From Elusimicrobiota bacterium (lineage in GTDB: Bacteria; Elusimicrobiota; Elusimicrobia; UBA1565): a DNA stretch of 64,000 nt. The position numbers were made by a program, and so were the translations under genes. The stretch lies in the NCBI GenBank assembly GCA_043827405.1, contig JBDRPD010000105.1:32001-96000 (forward strand). Direction: 5' to 3'. Below the pieces are notes generated by a model. That model saw only the letters and a program-made list of their open reading frames with translations, made no database searches and was not told the origin of the DNA. Positions within the stretch are counted from its first letter, which is position 1; each line of letters begins with the position of its first letter. This document shows, piece by piece, positions 1-9,011 of this stretch.

Positions 1-1210
1 TCTGGTTGACCGAATTCCTAATCTCCGTTAAGTTGCCGATATCGTCGGATTTTAGGTCGTCCAGGATGTCCTCGATCCAGCCGGATTCCTCGACCATAAT
101 GGCGACCGGGTTGTTGATCTCGTGCGCGATGCCCGCGGCGAGTTCGCCGATGGACGCCAGCTTGCCGGCTTCAACGATCTTCTCGCTCATCAGCTCCCGG
201 GCGCGAGCGCCTTCAGTCAGCCGCTGCACGACTCGCCGGGAGAGGTAGGTCGCGATGAGGATGATGAGGATGACGCCGAGCAGACAGACGGTGAGCGAGA
301 TTCTGCGGGCTCGGTACAGGCTGGCGTAGGCGTCGCTCTCGTCCTGCTGATAGACGAGAGCCCAGGCGTCATTCTTGAGCAGCGTGGTCACGTAGATGGC
401 CGTCTTGCCGTAATCGGGGTTCTTATCGGTGAAAATGCCCACCGGGCGGACGGCGCGGGAGCGGTCCGTCTTGCCCGCCGCCCAGCCCTTGCGGGACGCC
501 CGCGAGCTTTTTTCCCAAATAAAATCCTGCAGAACGGGGATGTAGGAAGTGACGTCGATTTTGGGCTGGGTCTGGAATTCCCCCTCGCGGTTGATGATAA
601 AGGCCATCCCGGTCTTGCCCAGACGGATATCCTCGATGAGATGGTTGAAGGCGACGAAGTCGATGGTGGCGCGCAGTATGCGGCTCTCTCCCGCGCTCTC
701 GGATTTGACGGCGACGACAAAGTGGGGCAGCCTGCGGATGCCCAGGAAGACATCGCTGATATAGACCTGGTTCGCCATGGTTTCCTTGAACCATTTGGCG
801 TTTCCATAGTCGGCCTTGCCGAGAGCGAAGGGGCCGGCGTACGCCAGCTGTTTCCCCTGCGTGTCGAGGAGGCCGAGATCGACGAAGACGCCGCCATGCT
901 GCTCCTGCAGGTGCTTTAGGACGTTCGCCAGGAATTTTGAATCCTTGAGCTGCCGGTTCGAGTACAGACGGGTCAATACTTTGATGTCGGCGAGTTTTTC
1001 GTTGAGGAAGCCGTCGATCGTGAGCGCTTCCTTCTCAACGGTCTGGACCATGTAGGCAAGAACTTTCGCCCTATAAGTCGTATGGAATTCGTAGCCGATA
1101 ACGGCCATTACCAGCAGCAGGGGAGTTAAGGACCCGATCAGCACAATGCTGATCATGCTCCTCTTTATGCTGTGGTAGCGGTTCTTTAAGTCCTTCTCAT
1201 CACCGTCCAT
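1..1210 (-). CDS. Membrane sensor histidine kinase (Cache-type periplasmic domain), 3' end runs off the window; not in ORF track
   Basis: Manual translation from ATG 1210: MDGDEKDLKNRYHSIKRSMISIVLIGSLTPLLLVMAVIGY (TM) ... second TM ... KLASIGELAAGIAHEINNPVAI (H-box). Confidence 0.9.
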   Translation of the reverse strand, partial: MDGDEKDLKNRYHSIKRSMISIVLIGSLTPLLLVMAVIGYEFHTTYRAKVLAYMVQTVEKEALTIDGFLNEKLADIKVLTRLYSNRQLKDSKFLANVLKHLQEQHGGVFVDLGLLDTQGKQLAYAGPFALGKADYGNAKWFKETMANQVYISDVFLGIRRLPHFVVAVKSESAGESRILRATIDFVAFNHLIEDIRLGKTGMAFIINREGEFQTQPKIDVTSYIPVLQDFIWEKSSRASRKGWAAGKTDRSRAVRPVGIFTDKNPDYGKTAIYVTTLLKNDAWALVYQQDESDAYASLYRARRISLTVCLLGVILIILIATYLSRRVVQRLTEGARARELMSEKIVEAGKLASIGELAAGIAHEINNPVAIMVEESGWIEDILDDLKSDDIGNLTEIRNSVNQ

Positions 1211-1252
1211 GAATTTCCAATTAACGCATCAATGCTGATGTGGGCAAGAGGT

Positions 1253-3058
1253 TTAATAGAAGAAATATATTACGGTTAGCTCAACCGTGAGAAATAGCAC
1301 CGTCATGACGGCGCCCGCCTTGGCGTAGTCCACCGTGCGGTAGCCGCCCGGGCGCATGATGAGCGCGTTGACCTGATGCGTCGGCAGGATGAAGGTGTTG
1401 GACGCGGAGAGCCCGACGACCAGGGCGGCCATCCGGGGATCTCCCCCCGCCATAACCGCCATGTTCATGCACAGCGGCACAAGCAGCACCGTGGCGCCGA
1501 CGTTGGAGATCACCAACGTGAAGAAGGAGGTCATGATGCCGACGACCGTGAGCAGCATGATCGGAGACGGCTGGCCGATCATGGCCAGCACGCCGTGGGC
1601 GATGAAGGCCGCGGTTCCGGTCTTTTCAAAGGCGATGCCCAGCGGGATGAGCCCCGCCAGGAGAAACACCGTCATCCAGTCCACCGAGCGGTAGGCTTCG
1701 TCGATCGAGAGGACGCCGCTGATGATCATCCCCAGGGCGCCCGACATCAGCGCGACCGACAGCTGGGCCTTGAAGAAGATGATCTGGCATAGGGCCAGCA
1801 GCAGCCAGAATACCGCGAACAGCGCCTTTTCCGGGCGCAGGATCTCCCCTTCCAGCGGGGTGGCGAAGGTCAGGATGCGCGGCTGCGGCAGGTTCTTCAG
1901 GATGTGGAAGCGCGCCCACTGCCCCTGCATCAGAATCGAGTCCCCTACCTGCAGCTGCATATTGGTATGGCCGCTGTAGAATACGCGGCGCGCCCGGACC
2001 AGCGCCACGGGATTGAGCTGGAAGCGTCCTTTGAGGTTGCTTTCGCGGATGGTCTTGCCGATGACCGCGGAGCGGGGCGAGACGATGGTCTCGGCCATGC
2101 CGGCATTGGTGCGCGACAGCTCCTCGGCGAATACGTCCAGGCCTTCCATGAGCTTCCAGCCCTTCTCCTCGGCCAGCTTGCGGATATTCTTCTCCCGGCC
2201 GACTATAGCCAAGGCGTCGCCGGCCGCGATCATGGTGGTGCTCTTGGGCACGAAGTTCTTGTCCTTCTGTCCTTTGTGATGGACGGCGACGACGCAGATC
2301 AGATACCGAGTCTGCAGATCCAGCTGCTCCAGGCTCTGCGGCTCCTGGAAGTCATCGGGCACGTGGACTTCAAACGTCGTCTCCAGCGCGCGGTACTGCT
2401 CCAGCAGCGTCGCCGTCGCGCCCTTGTCGGCCTCTCCGGTCTCGGCGGGCAGGACGAAGCGGCCGAAAAAGGCGAAGTAGAGCAGGGCCGATCCCAGAAG
2501 ACAGACGCCGATCGGCGTCTGGGTGAAGAGGCCGAACGGCTCCAAGTGCTTGCCGTCGAGCACCAGCAGGTCGTTGAGCAGGATGGTGGGGCTGGCGCCG
2601 ACGAGGGTGATGGTGCCGCCGATGATGGCGCAGAATCCCATCGGCATGAGGATGCGCGAAGACGGGACCGCGACGCGCTTGGAAATACGCAGGGCCGCGG
2701 GGAGAAACAGCGCGGCGGCGCCGATATTCTGCATCATGCTGGAGATGATGCCCACCGTGCCGGCGATCAATACGAGAATCCGCTTTTCGCTGGCGCCGGC
2801 CAGCTTGATGATGGGCCGCGCCACCTGGTTCATGACGCCGGTCTTGTCGAGCCCCGCGCCGATGATGATTACGGCGATGATGGAGCAGACCGCATTGCTG
2901 CTCAGGCCGACGAAAGCTTCTGACGCATTGATCAGGCCGAGCATGGGCAGCATGACCATCATAATGATGCCCACCACATCGACGCGAATCCATTCGGATA
3001 TGAACATCCAGACGGCGAAGGCCAGAACGGCCATGGTGAGAGTGATTTCGGGGGTCAT
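1253..3058 (-). CDS. SLC13/DASS-family permease with TrkA-C domains (possible sulfate/dicarboxylate transporter)
   Basis: Multi-TM, SSMMQNIGA and VISNVGA motifs, GASPTILL, PTHQVNALI, central soluble TrkA-C region; start moved to ATG 3058. Confidence 0.85.
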   Translation of the reverse strand: MTPEITLTMAVLAFAVWMFISEWIRVDVVGIIMMVMLPMLGLINASEAFVGLSSNAVCSIIAVIIIGAGLDKTGVMNQVARPIIKLAGASEKRILVLIAGTVGIISSMMQNIGAAALFLPAALRISKRVAVPSSRILMPMGFCAIIGGTITLVGASPTILLNDLLVLDGKHLEPFGLFTQTPIGVCLLGSALLYFAFFGRFVLPAETGEADKGATATLLEQYRALETTFEVHVPDDFQEPQSLEQLDLQTRYLICVVAVHHKGQKDKNFVPKSTTMIAAGDALAIVGREKNIRKLAEEKGWKLMEGLDVFAEELSRTNAGMAETIVSPRSAVIGKTIRESNLKGRFQLNPVALVRARRVFYSGHTNMQLQVGDSILMQGQWARFHILKNLPQPRILTFATPLEGEILRPEKALFAVFWLLLALCQIIFFKAQLSVALMSGALGMIISGVLSIDEAYRSVDWMTVFLLAGLIPLGIAFEKTGTAAFIAHGVLAMIGQPSPIMLLTVVGIMTSFFTLVISNVGATVLLVPLCMNMAVMAGGDPRMAALVVGLSASNTFILPTHQVNALIMRPGGYRTVDYAKAGAVMTVLFLTVELTVIYFFY

Positions 3059-3159
3059 CCTTTCTTTCTCATATTCTCTTCGCGGAACCAGAAGCAAAGG
3101 AAGAAGATGATCAGGATCAGCGACAGCTTGAGGAAGAATTCCGGGCCGAAAGTTTCCAT
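3055..3159 (-). CDS. Small single-TM membrane peptide (34 aa)
   Basis: METFGPEFFLKLSLILIIFFLCFWFREENMRKKG; fills the gap, and its TGA overlaps the permease ATG (ATGA). Confidence 0.6.
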   Translation of the reverse strand: METFGPEFFLKLSLILIIFFLCFWFREENMRKKG

Positions 3160-3166
3160 GGTTTAG

Positions 3167-4030
3167 CTATATGGGACAGTAGGCGAATATCTGTCCCTTG
3201 TTGGGGCCCGACGCCGACTCGGAGACGATATAGTCCACCGGGCCGATCTCCGCCGTCACTTGGTCGATGGCTTCATCCCGGCCGATGCACTTCACTACAT
3301 GCGCGAACGGGATGCCCTCCTTCTCCGCCAGCTGCCGGAACAGGGCGGCGTTCTTCTCTGATATTTCGCGAAAATCCGTGCAAACCCGCTCGCGCGCCTT
3401 GGGAAATTTATTGAAGGACGTGCTGTCGAAGCCGGCGGCGTTCAGGGCGACGATGGAATACGACATGCGTTTGGACAGGTCCAGGGCGTATTCCATCAGC
3501 TTGCGCGAGAAGCCGCCCTCATAGCCAAGCACCAGCAGCTTGCCGCCGCTTTCGGGCAGGTCCCCTTTCTCCATCGCGCCGGAGGCGTGGCGCCGGTCGA
3601 GGGAGCCGGCTGTGATTTGGTCCTTGACGAAGCTGGCGTTCTTGATGCGCTCTTCGTGCTCGACGCGGCGGCTGTAGGCTTTGTTGATCTTCTCCACCAG
3701 GTCGCCCATATCCGCGGGCTTGGTGAGAAAATCGAAAGCGCCGTACTGCATTCCTTCGACGGCCAGTTCCAGCGTCGCGTGACCGGAAAGCATTACGACC
3801 TCGGTCAGGGGGTGCTGCGCCTTGATCTTCTTCAGCGTTTCGATGCCGCTTATCCCGGGCATGAAGACGTCGAGGATGACGACGTCCTGCGCCGCCGCCT
3901 CGAGGTTGGACAGCGCTTCCTCGCCGTTGAGCGCCGTGGTCATCTGGAAGCCGCGCTTCTCAAGGCGCCGGCCGAGCACGCGCACCAGCTCCTCTTCATC
4001 ATCGACCAGCATGACTTTGATCTCGGTCAT
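3167..4030 (-). CDS. Response regulator: N-terminal receiver plus C-terminal USP-like domain
   Basis: VMLVDDE...ILDVFMP...FLTKP receiver; C-terminal alpha/beta domain KLLVLGYEGGFSRKLMEYALDLS, no HTH. Confidence 0.8.
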   Translation of the reverse strand: MTEIKVMLVDDEEELVRVLGRRLEKRGFQMTTALNGEEALSNLEAAAQDVVILDVFMPGISGIETLKKIKAQHPLTEVVMLSGHATLELAVEGMQYGAFDFLTKPADMGDLVEKINKAYSRRVEHEERIKNASFVKDQITAGSLDRRHASGAMEKGDLPESGGKLLVLGYEGGFSRKLMEYALDLSKRMSYSIVALNAAGFDSTSFNKFPKARERVCTDFREISEKNAALFRQLAEKEGIPFAHVVKCIGRDEAIDQVTAEIGPVDYIVSESASGPNKGQIFAYCPI

Positions 4031-4075
4031 TAAGTTTTACTGACGGGCGTCAGGGTCCCTTCGCGGCAAACAAAA

Positions 4076-4105
4076 TTGACAAGCATTAGCAGATAAAAAT
4101 ATATT
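4076..4105 (+). promoter_or_regulatory. Putative sigma70 promoter of qmoC
   Basis: TTGACA (4076) -18 bp- TATATT (4100) in an AT-rich divergent intergenic region. Confidence 0.45.
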
Positions 4106-4173
4106 TTGATCGCCGAGGCAATAGCGGGTACTATTTGCCTCCCCAAGGACAGCCAGAGTTAGGAGGATCGGGA

Positions 4174-5334
4174 ATGGGTGTGGGAAGACTTATCGACGCC
4201 GACCTTAGCTTCATCAAGTTCTTAAAACAATCGGGGGGCGAGGACGTAAAGAAGTGCTATCAGTGCGCGACCTGCTCCGCAGTCTGCAGTCTCTCTCCGG
4301 CCGACAAGCCCTTCCCTAGAAAGGAGATGCTCCTGGCGAGCTGGGGCCAGTCCGACAAGCTGGTCAAGGATCCCGACATCTGGCTCTGCTACCAGTGCAA
4401 CGACTGCTCGACTTACTGTCCGCGCGGCGCCAAGCCCGGCAATGTCCTGGCGGCGGTCCGCAACTATGTCTATCAGCATTGCGCATTTCCTTCCTTCATG
4501 GGGAAGGCGCTGGCGAGCCCTAAAGCGCTGCCGCTCTTGATCGCCGCGCCGATGGCGATCATGGCCGCGGTCTTTTTCGCCTCGAAGAAATTTCCCACCA
4601 TCGCGCATGATCCGAGCTTGAACATGCATACGGACCACATCACGAGCAGCACGGTGCTGCTGGACAGCGTATTCTCGATCCACGTGGTCGAGCCGCTGTT
4701 TATCGCCGGCAATATTCTGATCTTCATCTGCGCCTTTATGGGCTTGTGGCGCTTTTGGAATTCCTTGGAATCGCCGGCCGGCAAAGCCGAAGTCGGCTTC
4801 GTGGCCGGGGTGATCCTGACGGTCAAGGATATCCTGACGCATGGCCGCTTTTTCGACTGCGGGCAGAACAAGCCGCGCTCCTGGGGACATATGCTGGTGT
4901 TCTACGGCTTTTTCGGCGCCGCCGCGACCGCGGGCCTCGGCGCCTTGATGCTAAAGATCATGCATGAGCCGCCGCCGATCCCGCTGGGGCATCCGGTGAA
5001 GTGGCTCGGCAACCTGTCGGGCCTGGCGGGCATCGTCGGCTCGGCGGCCCTGCTGTTTCGCCGCTTTACCGACAGCGAGGAGGTCGGAGCCAACGGCTAT
5101 CAGGACTGGCTGTTCCTCATTGTGATATTCCTCTGCTTCGTCACCGGCTTCATGACGCAGTTCACGCGCATGAGCGGCACGTCGCTGGCCTTCGGGGTCT
5201 ATTACATCCACCTTTGCATCGTATTTTTCCTGTTGTGGTACGCCCCCTACTCGAAGTTCGGGCATATGTTCTACCGGGGCCTCGCTCTCGTTCATGCCCG
5301 CTGTACCGGGCGTCTGGACGACGGCGGCAAGTAG
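4174..5334 (+). CDS. qmoC: Quinone-interacting membrane oxidoreductase subunit C
   Basis: CYQCATCSAVC and CYQCNDCSTYCP Fe-S motifs followed by a NarI-like heme-b TM domain (YSKFGHMFY); AGGAGG RBS before ATG 4174. Confidence 0.93.
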   Translation: MGVGRLIDADLSFIKFLKQSGGEDVKKCYQCATCSAVCSLSPADKPFPRKEMLLASWGQSDKLVKDPDIWLCYQCNDCSTYCPRGAKPGNVLAAVRNYVYQHCAFPSFMGKALASPKALPLLIAAPMAIMAAVFFASKKFPTIAHDPSLNMHTDHITSSTVLLDSVFSIHVVEPLFIAGNILIFICAFMGLWRFWNSLESPAGKAEVGFVAGVILTVKDILTHGRFFDCGQNKPRSWGHMLVFYGFFGAAATAGLGALMLKIMHEPPPIPLGHPVKWLGNLSGLAGIVGSAALLFRRFTDSEEVGANGYQDWLFLIVIFLCFVTGFMTQFTRMSGTSLAFGVYYIHLCIVFFLLWYAPYSKFGHMFYRGLALVHARCTGRLDDGGK

Positions 5335-5374
5335 CGGCGCGTCCCTACGATTCGACTAACTTAAGGAGAAGCCA

Positions 5375-6637
5375 ATGGTTGAAGAAAACTCATTAACCGT
5401 CGATACGCTTGTCGTCGGCGGCGGAATCTCGGGCATGACGACGGCCATCGAGACCGCGGAAGCCGGCAAGCGCGCCATTCTCTTGGAGCGCAAGCCCAGT
5501 TTGGGCGGCCGGGTCATGGCGATGAACCAGTATTTCCCCAAGCTGTGCCCGCCGACCTGCGGCATCGAGATCAACCTGAAGCGGATGCGGGGCAACGAGA
5601 ACCTCCAGGTTATGACCCTCGCCGAGGTGGAGAAGATCTCCGGCGGGCCGGGCAAGTACGAGGTCACAGTCAAGCTGCACCCGCGCTTCATCAACGAGAA
5701 GTGCACCGGCTGCGGCGACTGCGAGCGGGCCTGCGAGGTCGAGCGCGACAACGACATGAACTTCGGGCTCGACAAGACCAAGGCGGCCTACCTGCCGCAC
5801 CTCAACGCCTATCCCTTCCGCTACGTTATCGATCCGGCGCAGGTGAAGGATGAGAAGATGAAGAAGTGCGCCGAGGCCTGCAAGTACGGCGCTATTGAGC
5901 TGGACATGCAGCCCAAGACCATCACCATCCGGGCCGGCGCCGTCGTCTGGGCCACCGGCTGGCGGCCTTATGACGCCGCCAAGATGGAGCGGCTCGGCTT
6001 CGGCAAGTACAAGAACGTGGTGACCAATGTCATCATGGAGCGCTTGGCCTCCGAGACCGGACCGACCGGCGGCAAGATCGTCCGTCCTTCGGACCAGAAG
6101 GAGATCGCGAAGATCGGCTTCGTGCAGTGCGCGGGCTCGCGCGACGACAACCACCTGCCGTACTGCTCGTCGGTTTGCTGCCTCGCTTCGATGAAGCAGG
6201 CGACCTATGTCCGCGCGCAGTATCCGGAGGCCGAGATCCATATCTTCTACATCGACGTCCGGACCCCGGGCCGTATGGAGGACTTTTACACCAAGGCGCA
6301 GGAAGACAAGAAGCTGTTCTTCCACCGCGGCAAGGTCGGCACCATCACCGAGATGGACAACGGCAACGTGATCCTCGAAGCCGAAAATACGGTCAGCGGC
6401 CAGCTCACCAAGACCGAGGTCGACATGGCGGTGCTGGCGGTCGGCATGGTGCCCAATACCGCCGATACGCCGCCGCCGTTGGATACGCCGCTTGACGACT
6501 ACGGCTTCATCGCGCCCGACAGCGGCCAGGGCGTTATCGGCGCGGGAACGTCGACGCGCCCGCTGGACGTCTCGATGTCCGTGCAGGACGCTACCGGCGC
6601 GGCCATGAAAGCCTTGATTACCGCGGCGGGGAGGTAG
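5375..6637 (+). CDS. qmoA: QmoA (HdrA-like flavoprotein)
   Basis: GGGISG FAD site, YFPKLCPPTCG, QCAGSRD, YCSSVCC. Confidence 0.92.
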   Translation: MVEENSLTVDTLVVGGGISGMTTAIETAEAGKRAILLERKPSLGGRVMAMNQYFPKLCPPTCGIEINLKRMRGNENLQVMTLAEVEKISGGPGKYEVTVKLHPRFINEKCTGCGDCERACEVERDNDMNFGLDKTKAAYLPHLNAYPFRYVIDPAQVKDEKMKKCAEACKYGAIELDMQPKTITIRAGAVVWATGWRPYDAAKMERLGFGKYKNVVTNVIMERLASETGPTGGKIVRPSDQKEIAKIGFVQCAGSRDDNHLPYCSSVCCLASMKQATYVRAQYPEAEIHIFYIDVRTPGRMEDFYTKAQEDKKLFFHRGKVGTITEMDNGNVILEAENTVSGQLTKTEVDMAVLAVGMVPNTADTPPPLDTPLDDYGFIAPDSGQGVIGAGTSTRPLDVSMSVQDATGAAMKALITAAGR

Positions 6638-6640
6638 GCC

Positions 6641-8866
6641 ATGGAAACCAAGCTCGGAACTTATATCTGCAAAGGCTGCGACATCGGCAGCTCCCTGGAT
6701 ATTGAAAAGCTCACCGGCGTCGCCACCGGCGAGGCCAAGGCCGCGGTGTGCAAGACGCACGACGCCTTCTGCAGCGACGAGGGCGTCGGCCTGATCAAGG
6801 CCGACGTGGAAAAGGAGGGCCTCAACCGGGTCTCGGTCATGGCTTGCTCGCAGCGGGTTTTCCCCGGTCTCTTTGATTTCGGCAAGGAGGTGCTCGTCGA
6901 CCGCGGCAACCTGCGCGAGCAGGTGGCCTGGGTGATGAAGCCCAACGACGAGGACACCCAGATGCTGGCCGCGGACTATGTGCGTATGAGCGCGGTCCGG
7001 CTGCAGAACACCGAGCCGCCGGAGCCGCTCATCGAGGAGACCAGCAAGGAGATTCTGGTCGTCGGCGGCGGCATGACGGGGCTGACCGCGGCCAAGTCGG
7101 CGGCCGATGCCGGCTACAAGGTCGTCCTGGTTGAGAAGGAGGCGAAGCTCGGCGGCTGGGCGACGAAATTCAAGAAGGTCTTCCCCAAGCGCCCCCCTTA
7201 TCGCGACCTGGAAGATACCGGGGCGGCGAAGCTCATAAAGGAAGTCGAAGGGAACTCCAACATCACGGTGCACTTGTCGACCGAGGTGGCCAAGACGGTC
7301 GGCCAGCCCGGCAAGTTCGCGGTGCTGCTCAAGAGCGGCGGCAAGGAGACCGAGCTGACGGTCGGCTCCGTCATCCTGGCGGCCGGCTGGAAGCCCTACG
7401 ATGCCGGCAAGCTGGGGCATCTCGGCTACGGCAAGTCGCCCGACATCATCACCAATGTCGAGATGGAGGAGATGGTCGCCCGGGGCGAGATCAAGCGTCC
7501 CTCCGACGGCAAGCCCGTCGAGAGCGTCGTCTTCATCCAGTGCGCGGGTTCGCGCGATAAGGATCACCTGTCCTACTGCTCCGCCGTCTGCTGCCGCGTC
7601 AGCCTCAAGCAGGCGCTCTATGTGCGCGAGCAGAACCCGGAAGCCAAGGTCTACATTATCTACAAGGATGTTCGTTCGCCCGCGCAGTATGAGCGGTTCT
7701 ATGCCCGCGTTCAGGAGGACGAGGGCGTATTCCTGACCAAGGGCGAGATCGCCGCGGTGGAAAAAGACGGCGATAAAATCTCGGTCGGGGTCGAGCAGAC
7801 CATCCTCGGCGAGGACCTCACCCTGAAGGCCGATCTCGTAGTGCTGGCCGCGGGCATGGTGCCGTCGACCCAGGTCGACGCGCCGGCGCCCAAGGAAGAA
7901 GAGAAGAAGGCCGAAGGCGAGGCGCCCAAGGAAGAGAAGAAGGCGGAGCCTGTTCAGCCGGGATCCAGTATGCTCAACCTGGCCTACCGTCAGGGACCCG
8001 ATCTTCCGACCTTGAAGTACGGCTTCCCGGATTCGCACTTCATCTGCTTCCCGTACGAGACCCAGCGCACGGCGGTCTTCGCCGCCGGCGGGGTGCGGGC
8101 GCCGATGGACTTCGCCACCGGGGCCAGCGACGCGCGCGGCGCGGCGCTCAAGGCGGTACAGGCGGTGGAGGCGATCAGCAAGGGCCGGGCGCTGCATCCG
8201 CGCGCCGGCGACCTGAGCTATCCGGATTTCTTCTTCCAGCGCTGTACCCAGTGCAAGCGCTGCACCGAGGAATGTCCCTTCGGCGCTCTTGATGAGGACG
8301 TGAAGGGCACGCCCAAGCCCAATCCGCTGCGCTGCCGGCGCTGCGGCGTCTGCATGGGCGCCTGCCCGGAGCGCATCGTCTCCTTCAAGAACTACAGCGT
8401 CAATATGATCTCGCAGATGATCAAGGCGATCGAGGTCCCGGACGAGTTCGAAGAGAAGCCGCGGATGCTCGCTTTCGTCTGCGAGAACGACGCGCTGCCC
8501 TCGCTCGACATGGCCGGGATCCTGCGCAAGAAATATAATGACCGGATCCGCATCATCCCGCTGCGCTGTCTCGGCTCGATGAACGCGGTATGGGTAAGCG
8601 ATGCCTTGGCGCGCGGCTTCGACGGCGTAATGCTTATCGGCTGCCGCAAGGGCGACGACTACCAGTGCCACTTCGTCCGCGGCAGCGAGCTGGCCAGCTA
8701 CCGCATGGGCAACGTCAAGGAGAAGCTCAAGCAGCTGTCGCTTGAAGAACAGCGCGTTGAGTTTCACGAGCTGGCGATCACGGACTACAATAAGATTCCG
8801 GGCATATTCGACAAGTTCCTGGAAGCGATCGAAGCCATGGGGCCCAACCCATACAAGGGGATGTAA
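6641..8866 (+). CDS. qmoB: QmoB (HdrA-like with C-terminal MvhD domain)
   Basis: GGGMTG, QCAGSRD, CTQCKRCTEECP, CRRCGVCMGACP, C-terminal RCLGS...GCRKGDDYQCHF. Confidence 0.95.
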   Translation: METKLGTYICKGCDIGSSLDIEKLTGVATGEAKAAVCKTHDAFCSDEGVGLIKADVEKEGLNRVSVMACSQRVFPGLFDFGKEVLVDRGNLREQVAWVMKPNDEDTQMLAADYVRMSAVRLQNTEPPEPLIEETSKEILVVGGGMTGLTAAKSAADAGYKVVLVEKEAKLGGWATKFKKVFPKRPPYRDLEDTGAAKLIKEVEGNSNITVHLSTEVAKTVGQPGKFAVLLKSGGKETELTVGSVILAAGWKPYDAGKLGHLGYGKSPDIITNVEMEEMVARGEIKRPSDGKPVESVVFIQCAGSRDKDHLSYCSAVCCRVSLKQALYVREQNPEAKVYIIYKDVRSPAQYERFYARVQEDEGVFLTKGEIAAVEKDGDKISVGVEQTILGEDLTLKADLVVLAAGMVPSTQVDAPAPKEEEKKAEGEAPKEEKKAEPVQPGSSMLNLAYRQGPDLPTLKYGFPDSHFICFPYETQRTAVFAAGGVRAPMDFATGASDARGAALKAVQAVEAISKGRALHPRAGDLSYPDFFFQRCTQCKRCTEECPFGALDEDVKGTPKPNPLRCRRCGVCMGACPERIVSFKNYSVNMISQMIKAIEVPDEFEEKPRMLAFVCENDALPSLDMAGILRKKYNDRIRIIPLRCLGSMNAVWVSDALARGFDGVMLIGCRKGDDYQCHFVRGSELASYRMGNVKEKLKQLSLEEQRVEFHELAITDYNKIPGIFDKFLEAIEAMGPNPYKGM

Positions 8867-8876
8867 ACAGCCCCTT

Positions 8877-8917
8877 TTTCATGACCGGGGTCAATCCCCC
8901 AAGTTGATCTAGATCAA
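8877..8917 (+). promoter_or_regulatory. Tandem Crp/Fnr-type operator upstream of dsrA
   Basis: TTTC-ATGAC-CGGG-GTCAA-N9-TTGAT-CTAG-ATCAA; second box is a perfect TTGAT-N4-ATCAA; TAGAAT -10 at 8941. Confidence 0.65.
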
Positions 8918-8928
8918 CTTGGGGGATT
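8893..8928. repeat. Perfect 36-bp palindrome
   Basis: AATCCCCCAAGTTGATCT|AGATCAACTTGGGGGATT. Confidence 0.95.
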
Positions 8929-9011
8929 TTGCATATTGGGTAGAATTGTTTTGTTGGTGGTTGAACAGTTTTCGGCAAATCGGCGGCACGGCGTTTTGGA
9001 GGATAAAAATA

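Noticed and set aside
4076..4089. Fnr-like box upstream of qmoC (TTGAC-AAGC-ATTAG)
   Set aside because: Three mismatches and no partner box; better explained as a -35 element.
5393..8767. 1124-aa minus-strand ORF (also 9381-11723, 16622-18589 and many shorter ones)
   Set aside because: Antisense shadows of qmoAB, dsrAB and dsrK caused by GC-rich codon bias; no motifs.
8919..9011. ORF-track N-terminal extensions (dsrA, also qmoC, dsrN, dsrM, tmcB, 26548, 58738)
   Set aside because: They run through promoters or neighbouring genes; downstream starts fit family N-termini and mostly have an RBS.
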